Source: Candidatus Parcubacteria bacterium (GTDB lineage: Bacteria; Patescibacteriota; Minisyncoccia; Phycocordibacterales; CAIZLB01). Taken from it: a DNA stretch of 64,000 nt. Position numbers and translations under genes: made by a program. Below, one piece after another: positions 29,321 through 38,700 of the stretch (position 1 is its first letter; the number at the start of each line of letters is the position of its first letter). Where the stretch lies: NCBI GenBank assembly GCA_039795775.1, contig JBDKLC010000005.1, forward strand, positions 443,958-507,957, read 5' to 3'. A model generated the notes under the pieces. It had not been told where the DNA came from, did no database searches, and saw only the letters and a list, made by a program, of their open reading frames with translations.

Positions 29321-29469
29321 TGAGTGTCGTACATATACTTCATCTAGAAAGTATTGATATTTTCTGATTTTAAATGTATAGTTTTGCCAGCTCTGTACTT
29401 TAACAACAAGGAACAGAACTCTCCCTCAAAAAACAAACACAACACAACTCCATATAGTCATCATTACTT

Positions 29470-30414
29470 ATGTCTACTCATCAAACTCCTGAAATTGTGC
29501 TTAGCAATAGGCATCGTTTTTCGTTTATGGTCGCCTCCGGCGCCCTGGCCTTCGATGGCCGTGGCTGGCCGTGGGAGCGCTTCCTCGTCAACCTGGGTCT
29601 TATCGACACCAGACTCTTCACCATCGTGGCCAAAAGCATCACGAAAGATCCACGCCCAGGCAATCTGAGCTGGTGGCATCCGTGGACCTGCGTTTGGCCT
29701 ATCGCGAAAGGCTGGGTCAACAAAGTTGGCCTTACCAACCCCGGCATGGACTGGTGGTATCGCGCTGTCGGCAGCAAAGTCGACCGCCGTTCCATCAATC
29801 TGATGGGTTCTGCCTTTGGCAACAAAGCAGAACTTCTGGCTATGATACCGATGTTCAACAAATGCGATTTGGTAGGAGTTGAAATCAACTTCTCCTGCCC
29901 CAACGCAAAACCGGGTGCCCAAAGCATCCCGGACATCGTAGATGCTGTCGAAGCAGTCTGCAATGTTTCTGAGCATCCGATTATCTTCAAAGCATCGGTC
30001 AACATGCCCTACCTGGAACTCCTCGCGGAGTTTCAGCATCGGGGCTTGCCAGTCGAGGCTGTATCACTCAACAGTGTCCCTTGGGAAATGGCATTCCCTG
30101 AACATCGCAGTCCCCTTCATCGCCTCGAACAACGAGTCGGTGGTGGCGGAGGCGGCGTCTCAGGAAAAGCTGCCCAAGCAAAAAACTGGGAAGCAGTCTC
30201 AGCGATTGTTCACCAACCCGGAAACAAAATTCCAGTCATTGGTCCCAGCGTCTGGAATTACTTTGACATCCCAGAGCTATTTGACATGGGCGCAAAAGCA
30301 GTAAGCTTTGGGTCAATCCATATCGGACGCCCCACAGTTCCAACTAATTACGTCAAGGTATGGAATTCCAGATTTGACGAAAACAACACTCATCAAGAAA
30401 TCATCGAATACTAA
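29470..30414 (+). CDS. Class 1 dihydroorotate dehydrogenase-like flavoenzyme (PyrD or dihydropyrimidine-dehydrogenase-like), in the high-GC island
   Basis: 'FSFMVASGAL' at the N-terminus, 'VGLTNPG', 'VGVEINFSCPN' (Cys base, class 1) and 'GGGGGVSGKA', which resembles the GGLSGKP FMN-binding motif. Confidence 0.65.
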   Translation: MSTHQTPEIVLSNRHRFSFMVASGALAFDGRGWPWERFLVNLGLIDTRLFTIVAKSITKDPRPGNLSWWHPWTCVWPIAKGWVNKVGLTNPGMDWWYRAVGSKVDRRSINLMGSAFGNKAELLAMIPMFNKCDLVGVEINFSCPNAKPGAQSIPDIVDAVEAVCNVSEHPIIFKASVNMPYLELLAEFQHRGLPVEAVSLNSVPWEMAFPEHRSPLHRLEQRVGGGGGGVSGKAAQAKNWEAVSAIVHQPGNKIPVIGPSVWNYFDIPELFDMGAKAVSFGSIHIGRPTVPTNYVKVWNSRFDENNTHQEIIEY

Positions 30415-30451
30415 ACGACAAACAACTCAACTACACACAGAAACTCCAATC

Positions 30452-31660
30452 ATGAATCCAACTAGCGACACTCGCCGTTTCGAAAAATTCGTCTTGACCC
30501 ATGGTCACGGACGGGACATTTTTCCCCGAGCAACGGGAAAAGATACTACCATCAATCGCATGTTCACTGCAGTAAGCCTCACCGCAAGCTGCGCACAACA
30601 TGAAGTATGGATGGGCAACACTGAGGAAGATCCGAAAGGTGGCATCCTAAGCGTTCAAGACTTCATGCGATATCATGAAGCAGTCACAAGCATTACGGCC
30701 GCGCAAAACATATCGGCCGCACAGATGCGTCACAGCATCGCCATGAAGCTCACACCCAAGACCGACAAAGCAATACTGTCCGCAGCGAAGCAAGCCGGTG
30801 CCTGGGTCGTAAAGGTATGGCCCGACGGGGTCACCTTCAGCGAAACTGGTGGGTTCACTGACTTCAACGTCATGTATCCCGCCATTCAGGCTGCAGCCGA
30901 AGCGGGCTTCGTCATCGCACTCCACTGCGAACAACCAGGTGGCAACATCGACACCTACGCTCGTGAAGAAACGTTTCTCGAAAAAGCTCTGCGACCGCTC
31001 GTCGCTGATTTTCCGGGGGCACGGTTCAATATCGAGCACGTTTCGACAAGGCGCATGCTCGAGTTTGTTGGTGAACAACCGGCAAATATCACGGCGGGTA
31101 TCACACTCCACCATGCAATCAGCACGCGCAACGATGTGCTCGAATGGCGGCCACAAAAGAGTGGTCGGACAGGACTCAACCCGTGGAACCACTGCCGTCC
31201 ACCATTGCAGACATTTGACGACCGCGACGCTATCCAACGCGTTGTCTTGAACGCCGATCAAACGGCAAACAGGAAGTTTCACTTCGGTCCAGATTCGGCT
31301 CTTCATTTGGGGCCGACAAAACTCTGCTCGTGCGGATGTCCAGGTGTGTTTTCTATACCAACGCTAGCGGCGCTCGTCGTTGAGCTGTTTGAGCAAAACG
31401 GAAAGCTGGATCACCCAGCGTTTCGTGCGTTCACGGTAGAAAACGGTGCGGCTTACGCTGGCATCACCGACCTCGATCCGAACAACACGTTCGAGCTCGT
31501 GCGCGAACCATGGGAAGTGCCTCTGCTCATCGGCGGGGCCGAACCGTTCTACGCAGGTAGGACGATTTCGTGGAAACCGGTTGACCCAATCCTCGCAAAA
31601 GAAGGAGAACTTCAAAGGCTCCACGACAATTACCTTATGGGCGTTCTCGGCGAGGTCTAA
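30452..31660 (+). CDS. Dihydroorotase-like cyclic amidohydrolase (type II PyrC or dihydropyrimidinase-like), in the high-GC island
   Basis: HxH metal motif 'LTHGHGRD', a carbamylated-Lys-like 'VVKVWPDG', 'ALHCEQPG' and 'NIEHVST'. About 55% GC against ~38% in the flanks. Confidence 0.6.
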   Translation: MNPTSDTRRFEKFVLTHGHGRDIFPRATGKDTTINRMFTAVSLTASCAQHEVWMGNTEEDPKGGILSVQDFMRYHEAVTSITAAQNISAAQMRHSIAMKLTPKTDKAILSAAKQAGAWVVKVWPDGVTFSETGGFTDFNVMYPAIQAAAEAGFVIALHCEQPGGNIDTYAREETFLEKALRPLVADFPGARFNIEHVSTRRMLEFVGEQPANITAGITLHHAISTRNDVLEWRPQKSGRTGLNPWNHCRPPLQTFDDRDAIQRVVLNADQTANRKFHFGPDSALHLGPTKLCSCGCPGVFSIPTLAALVVELFEQNGKLDHPAFRAFTVENGAAYAGITDLDPNNTFELVREPWEVPLLIGGAEPFYAGRTISWKPVDPILAKEGELQRLHDNYLMGVLGEV

Positions 31661-31693
31661 GTTCACACGACCTGTTCCTTGTCACAAATTCAA

Positions 31694-31730
31694 CGGCCCG
31701 GACTCTGCAAGAGTCCGGGCCGTTTTACTA
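31694..31730 (+). terminator. Strong GC-rich rho-independent terminator closing the high-GC island. It may also act for the convergent NRAMP gene.
   Basis: 'cggcccggactc-tgcaa-gagtccgggccg' followed by 'ttttact'. Confidence 0.75.
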
Positions 31731-31787
31731 TCTTATTTTGCTATTTCTAGTATTGAGTTCAGTTTACGACCAACACAATATCAATAA

Positions 31788-33161
31788 TTATACAAACAAT
31801 ACAGCTCCCGCAACAACAAACATAAGAAGTGTGACCGCCCATCCAATAAAGGTTGTGAGCGGTTTGTTCACGTGCTGTTTCATGACTTTTTTGTTGCTGC
31901 TCACCAGTACAATAAAAACAAGAACTAGTGGTGCTACCAGACAGTTGAGCACCGCTGAATAAATGAGTGCTTTGATCGGATCAATAGATGTAAAGTTCAT
32001 GATCAACCCTACAACCATAGAAGCGATGATGACCAAGTAAAACGCTGATGCTTCTCGGAACTTTCGATACAACCCATATCGCCAGTTAAAACTTTCAGAA
32101 ATTGCATACGATGTAGAACCAGCGAGAATTGGTACGGCGAGGAGTCCCGTACCAATGATGCCCATAGCAAAAAGAAGATATGCGCCATCGCCTGCCAAAG
32201 GTCGAAGAGCATTTGCCGCGTCTGCAGCTGTACCAATATTTGTAATACCATGTTCAAATAGAGTCGCACCGCATACCACCATAATAAAGAACATCACGAG
32301 ATTTGAAATGAACATTCCTGTCCATACATCAATCCGCATTGTTTTGATTTCTCCTTTTGTAATTGGTTCTACATCTTCTACTTCGCCAGTAAACGTTATT
32401 CGTTCACTCTTTTTTAAGATCTTTTCTTCAACTTCTTGTGATGTTTGCCAAAAGAATAAATACGGTGAAATAGTTGTACCGAGTATCGCGGCAATGATGA
32501 GTATGGTCTCTTTATTGAACTGAATTGTTGGGAGGAATGTCTGTGTAAAAATAGCCGTCCAATTGAGGTCGATCGTAAACGCAGTGATAATGTACGCAAA
32601 TAAAATGAGAGCAAGCCATTTGAGGTAACTCGCGTATGTTTTGTATGATGTAAAAATTTGAAGCAAGAGACTGAGCACTGTAAAACCTATAACAAGAAGT
32701 GGAAAAGATACTGATGGAAATACAAGTTGTGTTGCTTTGGCCATTGCCCCAAGGTTGGCACCGATATTGAATGTATTTGCAATGAAAAGTAACAGAGTCA
32801 CAACATACAAAAACTTTTTTGAATAGAGATTTCGAATATTGGCAGCAAGGCCTTCTCCACTTACAAGACCGATTCGTGCACACATTTCTTGCACTACAGC
32901 CATAAGAGGATATGTGGCAATTGCCATCCATGTATATCCATATCCGTATTGTGCACCAGCCTGAGAATATGTAGCGATACCTGAAGGATCGTCATCAGCT
33001 GCACCCGTGGTAAGCCCTGGACCTAATTTTTTCCAATAATCTTCTGCCGCCTTTATAGACTTTCGGTCCATAATGAGCCGACTCAAATATTTTGAGAAGT
33101 GAATTGTACGACCAACGTTTTTGGCAGGAATACTAACAACCTTTTCTATAAGATGTTTCAT
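31788..33161 (-). CDS. NRAMP-family divalent metal cation transporter (MntH/NRMT-like)
   Basis: 'GPGLTTGAADDDPSGIATYSQAGAQYGY' corresponds to the Nramp DPGN region. 11-12 TM helices. Confidence 0.75.
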   Translation of the reverse strand: MKHLIEKVVSIPAKNVGRTIHFSKYLSRLIMDRKSIKAAEDYWKKLGPGLTTGAADDDPSGIATYSQAGAQYGYGYTWMAIATYPLMAVVQEMCARIGLVSGEGLAANIRNLYSKKFLYVVTLLLFIANTFNIGANLGAMAKATQLVFPSVSFPLLVIGFTVLSLLLQIFTSYKTYASYLKWLALILFAYIITAFTIDLNWTAIFTQTFLPTIQFNKETILIIAAILGTTISPYLFFWQTSQEVEEKILKKSERITFTGEVEDVEPITKGEIKTMRIDVWTGMFISNLVMFFIMVVCGATLFEHGITNIGTAADAANALRPLAGDGAYLLFAMGIIGTGLLAVPILAGSTSYAISESFNWRYGLYRKFREASAFYLVIIASMVVGLIMNFTSIDPIKALIYSAVLNCLVAPLVLVFIVLVSSNKKVMKQHVNKPLTTFIGWAVTLLMFVVAGAVLFV

Positions 33162-33357
33162 ACAAGTAGTACCTCTATTGTAGTCTTATTTCTACTTTGA
33201 GAAAAGGTATGTTTTGTACAGCCCGTAGTACAAGTATTGATATTCTAAGATATTGTGGTATTCTTTTGGCAAAAGATCTTTTCACCATTCATATGTTTCA
33301 ACACGAAGCAGGTTCGAGGTCTTTTCTCCTGTCACATCAATCTACATACATAATTCC

Positions 33358-33996
33358 ATGAATCATACTCCGCAACACCAACTAACACTCACCTTCGTAA
33401 GACATGGCGAGGCAGCCGACTGTTCTACAATTGAAGAAGATAAAGGCCGACAGCTTACAGCGCTCGGAGGCAAGCAAGCCTCGGCTGTAGCACAAGCCCT
33501 GGCAAAAAATCCTATTTTCGGCATATTCACAAGTCCAGCACAACGCTGTATCGAGTGTGCTTTGCATTTGAGTCAACTGGTAAGTGTGACTCCGGTGGTT
33601 GTCGAAGACCTCTACCGCACCCAACTTTCAGACCAAGAAACGGCTTTCGATAACATGATTCGAGACATGGGACGCGTCACTGCGGCCGAATACTTTCATC
33701 ATCCGAATCACCATCTGGCACTGCAAGTCATCTGGGCTATGCGTAAGAGCATCTATGAGGCAATTGAAGCCGTCTTATTGGATGCAAAACCTGCGTCTGA
33801 TACACCAATTCACTTCGTTGTATTCTGCCATGATACTTTGATTCAAATGATCTGTGCAGAAATGGTAACTAGCGTCACATCTCGTCGTCTCTGCAACACA
33901 CTCTCCCTAAGGAATTGCGACGGAATCACTCTCTCGGGTTACGATGGGCACACTCGGCAGTTTGCAAATGCTGAATACTTCTCCGTCCCGGTGTGA
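33358..33996 (+). CDS. Histidine phosphatase superfamily protein (phosphoglycerate-mutase-like)
   Basis: 'LTFVRHGEA' RHG catalytic motif. I chose the internal Met start that gives the canonical N-terminus. Confidence 0.65.
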   Translation: MNHTPQHQLTLTFVRHGEAADCSTIEEDKGRQLTALGGKQASAVAQALAKNPIFGIFTSPAQRCIECALHLSQLVSVTPVVVEDLYRTQLSDQETAFDNMIRDMGRVTAAEYFHHPNHHLALQVIWAMRKSIYEAIEAVLLDAKPASDTPIHFVVFCHDTLIQMICAEMVTSVTSRRLCNTLSLRNCDGITLSGYDGHTRQFANAEYFSVPV

Positions 33997-34036
33997 GTGG
34001 TGAACCTGCAAAGTAGCGAAACAAAATGAAGCACTT

Positions 34037-34075
34037 AAAAGGCGCGGTCCCCCTGGGACCGCGCCTTTCATCGTC
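34037..34075. terminator. Bidirectional rho-independent terminator between convergent genes
   Basis: 'aaaaggcgcggtccc-cct-gggaccgcgccttt', with A-rich and T-rich flanks. Confidence 0.7.
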
Positions 34076-34101
34076 TTTGTGTAAATAAGATTTGATAGTA
34101 C

Positions 34102-34878
34102 TTACTTCAATCCAAGCGATCCTTTGTGCTGTGAACTCCATGCATAGAGAGCCACAGAAGCTGAGGCAGCAGCGTTGAGCGATTCACATTCTTTTGCCAT
34201 TGGAATAGAAAGTGGAATATCACAATGTTCGAGTGTTTTTTCTCGAATACCAGTGGCTTCGTTTCCTAAGATAAATACAGTTGGCGCATCGAATGTTTCT
34301 GTAGATAAAGATTTTTCTGCACTTCCATCGAGTCCATAAATCCAGAATCCTTTATCCTTGAGATCTTTGATTGCTACCTGCACATTCCCTACTGTAACGA
34401 GAGGCACACGAAATGCCATACCAGCAGAAACTTTTACGACTGTACCAGAAATCTGAGCTTGGTTGTGTTCAGGAATAAGTACACCTTTGACACCAAAAGC
34501 AGCTGCTGATCGGATAACAGCACCTACGTTCTGAGGATCTTGAATCTCTCCAAGGAGAACGAGACATGTATCAGGAGTTACCTGAAGTTTTGATAAAAAT
34601 TCTTTAAAAGGTTTTATGAGTACATCAGCTGCAACAATACCAATCACACCTTGATGTACAATTTTTGAGTCATTATAAACAACCACTTCTTTTGGAAGCT
34701 TACCAGGAGCAAAATATGAAATAGGTACAGATGATTTTCGAACAAGTGCGAGGAGGTCGTTGTCTACAGGACCGTCTTCTACAAACACTTTTTTGAGCGT
34801 TTTAGGAGCATTCTTGAGAGCTTCTGTTACAGCATGCTTACCGTACACGTAGATGTCATTTTGGTTGGATTGAGTCAT
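34102..34878 (-). CDS. rlmB: TrmH/SpoU-family RNA 2'-O-methyltransferase, RlmB-like (23S rRNA Gm2251)
   Basis: N-terminal substrate-binding domain 'YGKHAVTEALKN'. SPOUT motifs 'LGEIQDPQNVGAVIRSAAAFGV' and 'LSIPMAKECESLNAAASASVALY'. Confidence 0.8.
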   Translation of the reverse strand: MTQSNQNDIYVYGKHAVTEALKNAPKTLKKVFVEDGPVDNDLLALVRKSSVPISYFAPGKLPKEVVVYNDSKIVHQGVIGIVAADVLIKPFKEFLSKLQVTPDTCLVLLGEIQDPQNVGAVIRSAAAFGVKGVLIPEHNQAQISGTVVKVSAGMAFRVPLVTVGNVQVAIKDLKDKGFWIYGLDGSAEKSLSTETFDAPTVFILGNEATGIREKTLEHCDIPLSIPMAKECESLNAAASASVALYAWSSQHKGSLGLK

Positions 34879-34937
34879 AGATAAAAAGAGTATACAGTAA
34901 ATTTGGCAAAATACAAATTTTATGCTCTAATGAGGCC

Positions 34938-35666
34938 ATGAAACGGAAAGACCGCTACCAACCTCACCTCGTAAAGAAGCAAAAAGAAGGCTTCTGGGAT
35001 AATGAATACAAAGATGCCGATAACTTGGCTATTTCTTCAAATCCGAGTGAAGACCTTATGAAATTCACAAGATACGTGGAAAGAGACCACGGACGGCTAT
35101 TTTTCAATCCCCTCTCTTCTGTAGCCGATCTTGGCTGTGGAAATGGACGAAATCTCATCTATCTTTCACAGACCTACGGCATGCGTGGGTTTGGTTGTGA
35201 TATCTCGGCAGAAGCCATTGCACAAGCCAAGAAGCGAAGTACTGACCTTCCTCTCTCCTACGCAGTTCAATCTATCGCCGACCCTGTACCCCTTCCTGAC
35301 GAATCCCAAGTACTCGTCCTCGACATGATGACCTCACACTTCCTCAACGAAACACAACGAATCGAATTCAAAAACGAAATTGCTCGAATCCTCAAACCAG
35401 GTGGGTGGCTCTTTTTCAAAACATTCCTTCTTGATGAGGACAAACATGCCAAGCGACTTCTCACAGACTTTCCAGCAGCTGAAGCCGGCTCATACATTCA
35501 CCCAAAGATTGGCGTAGCCGAACACGTATTTACTGAAGAAGAAATTGTAGACATTCTTTCTGACAAATTTCTCATCCACAAAATTCATAAATCTCACGGA
35601 CACCTTCGTACCAACGGTGCAGCAAAACGACGAAGTATTAGTGTCTACGCTCAAAAAATTTCATAA
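34938..35666 (+). CDS. Class I SAM-dependent methyltransferase
   Basis: 'VADLGCGNGRNL' motif I, 'LKPGGWLFF'. Confidence 0.7.
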   Translation: MKRKDRYQPHLVKKQKEGFWDNEYKDADNLAISSNPSEDLMKFTRYVERDHGRLFFNPLSSVADLGCGNGRNLIYLSQTYGMRGFGCDISAEAIAQAKKRSTDLPLSYAVQSIADPVPLPDESQVLVLDMMTSHFLNETQRIEFKNEIARILKPGGWLFFKTFLLDEDKHAKRLLTDFPAAEAGSYIHPKIGVAEHVFTEEEIVDILSDKFLIHKIHKSHGHLRTNGAAKRRSISVYAQKIS

Positions 35667-35667
35667 A

Positions 35668-35712
35668 CAAAAAAAACACTCGTTACTGAGTGTTTTTTTG
35701 TTTTATTTTTTA
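35668..35712. terminator. Bidirectional terminator between the methyltransferase and the giant surface protein gene
   Basis: 'aaaaaaacactc-gttact-gagtgttttttt'. It shares its stem sequence with the terminator at 54393-54427. Confidence 0.65.
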
Positions 35713-38700
35713 CTCACAAGTTTATTGAGGAATGTTCGAGTAGCTGTTGCAAACTCTCCTGTTCCGTTCTTGAGACGATTTGGTACAAGAATGTCCGTTC
35801 GATACTTTTCTTGGAACGCTTTGACTGCTGCTTTTGTGGCCGCACCGTACAATGTTGTTTCTTTGCCTGTTGAGCCAGCGCCAGTTCGTGCAATGATGAA
35901 GCCGTTTGAATTCAAGAACTTCTGAAGCTGAAGTACATCGGCTCCTGAACTACCTACCTTTAAGTTCCGAGCAAACACATACTTTGTACTACCCACAGTC
36001 GATGTAGTTGTAGATGTAACAGTACCGCCTACTGTTGTTGTCTGAGATATAACCATAGGTCGACCTCCAGATGATGAACCTGAGAGTGGAGCTATTGTTG
36101 TTGATTTTGGTGCAGATACTGACCCAGATGAGTCACCAAAGATACCGTATGTTGAGAAATGACTTGTAGAACATGTGATTCTGTTCGCGTCTGTATCTAC
36201 TACACAATCTGACAATGCATCCCATGATGATCCACTCCATCGGTAGATAACGAGTGACGCTTCATTGAAGCCTCGCACATCGTTATCTGAATAAGAGAAT
36301 GTAAGGGTGATTGGTTGAGCGAAGGTTGTGATATTTGTACTGAGGTTTGAATATGCTTGAAGGTCGTATGTAAGATTTGGTACGACAGTCTTTCCACTAG
36401 CTGAACCAATACTCGCTACAACTTCACTTGAATCAATTTGCTTGATCTGAAATGTTGCACTTGAAGATGCAAAGTTTGTAGGAATTGTAAGTTCAAGTGT
36501 TCGAGTGTTTGTTGTAAGACTTGTTGATCCTCCTGTTGAAGTTGAAACCGTCTGAACAGTTGTAGACGATACGTCAGCATTACCCACACAACCATCTGTT
36601 GTGAATGTAGAATTTGATCCATTTACTCTATTGCCCTGAGTATCAACTGATATAACTCGGTAGTTGTAGAAGGTACATGATCGAAGTGATAACAAAGCAA
36701 TTGAGTGATTTGTTGTTGTTGCAAGATCAAGAGTTGATGACGCGAGATACGTCGTAGAAATACCATACTCTACTTGTGATGTCGAAGGTTTGTCTGTTGT
36801 CCAAGTGATTGTTGCCGATGTAGATCCTGGTGTTCCAGCACTTACCGCAGATACAACTGGTGAACTATTATTGATTGTAATTGATACAGATCCTGATGTA
36901 GCGTAATTGTTTGAGCTATCTCGAGCTACAGCAATAAGTGCATGCGAAGCGTTTGAATACAATGCTGTGTTGAAGTTGAGAGTAAATGGTGAAGATGTAT
37001 CTTCTGCGGCAATCGCAACTCCATCAATATAGAATCGTACTCCTGCTACGGCGACATCATCGGATGCAGTAGCAGAGATTGTCGATGTCCCGTATACAAG
37101 CTCACCTTCTGCTGGCGCGGTGAGAAGTACAGATGGCGCCGTGATATCTGGTGCTGTTGTTGTGATGAATGTTTGATCTGTACCGTTTGTTCTATTTCCC
37201 TGTCCATCTACTGACACTACTCGGTAGTGATATGTTGTAGAAGCTGAAAGACCTGTCAAAGCCCGTGAATGCGATGTTGTCGCTGTAAGATTTACTGTTG
37301 ACGAAGCGGTATATGTTGATGTCAAACCATATTCAACCATCGAAGTTGCGGCTTCGTTTGTTGTCCACGAGATTGTTGCTGTGGCATAGCCAGGTGTACC
37401 AGCACTAACAGATGAGATGACTGGACCTGTGTTGTCTACAGTTACTGATACAGAAGAAGATGTCGCGATATTGCCTGCTGCGTCTCGTGCTACTGCAATG
37501 AGCGTATGTGAGCCAGACGATACTGAAGTAGAGTCAAATGTGACTGCATATGGCGATGTAGTATCTTCTGAACCAATGAGCGTCGAATCAACATAGAACT
37601 TAACACCAACGACACCAATGTTATCTGATGCTGTTGCTGATACAGCGACAGATGCACCTGAAACTGTTGATGCGTTTGTCGGTGCTGTGAGGCTTACAGT
37701 CGGTACCGTAATATCTGGTGTCGCAGTTGTTGTGAATGTCTGGTCTATACCATTTGTTGTGTTACCGAGACTATATACTGACACTACTCGGTAGTGATAT
37801 GTTGTAGAAGCTGTAAGGCCACTGAGAGCACGTGAATGCGATGTCGTAGCTGTACCGTTGAGCGATGATGAAGCGGTGTATGTTGCAGTGAGACCGTATT
37901 CTACGAGTGATGTAGCTGGTTCATTTGTACTCCACGTGATTGTTGCGGTTGAAGTTCCAAGTGAACCCGCATTTACTGAAGAAATAATAGGTCCTGCATT
38001 ATCGACTGTAATTGTGAATGATGATGAAGTCGCGATATTTCCCGCAGTATCTCGTGCTACTGCAACGAGTGTATGTGAGCCTTCAGAATACGACGTTGTA
38101 TCTAATGTAACTGCATACGGTGATCCTGTATCTTCTACTCCAATGAGAGTTGAGTCGATATAGAATTTCACACCAACAACTCCCACGTTGTCTGATGCTG
38201 TCGCTGATGTTGTTGTACTACCAGCTATTGTCGATCCATTTGTAGGACCTGTGAGTGTCACTGATGGTGGTGTCACATCTGCAGGTGTGGCTGTAGTAAA
38301 TGTCTGATCTGTGCCATTTGTCCTATTTCCCTGCCCGTCTACTGAAACGACTCGGTAATGATAAAGCGTCGAAGATAAAAGACTTGTCAAAGCTCGTGAG
38401 TGTGATGTCGTAGCGGTGAGATTTACTGTTGATGAAGATGTGTATGTTGAAGTCAGACCATATTCAACCATAGATGTCGCAGATTCATTTGTTGTCCATG
38501 TAATAGTTGCAGTTGAAGTTCCAGGTGTTCCTGAACTGATTGATGAAAGTACTGGACCTGTGTTATCAATCGTTACAGATGAAGCACTTGATGTTGCTTG
38601 GTTGCCTGCTGCATCTCGTGCCACTGCCACTATTGAATACACGCCATCTGCATAGAGTGATGTATCGAACGTAACTCCATACGGGAATGTTGTATCTTCA

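Noticed and set aside
29464-30039. Long minus-strand ORFs (191 aa and 174 aa) and several over-100-aa plus and minus ORFs inside the 29.5-31.7 kb region
   Set aside because: They lie antisense to, or out of frame with, the DHOD-like and amidohydrolase genes. High GC suppresses stop codons and produces spurious ORFs. None has a recognisable motif.
36416-36622. Gln-rich 68-aa and other small ORFs antisense within the giant surface protein gene
   Set aside because: They are antisense or alternative-frame products of the Thr/Ser/Ala-rich repeat coding sequence.
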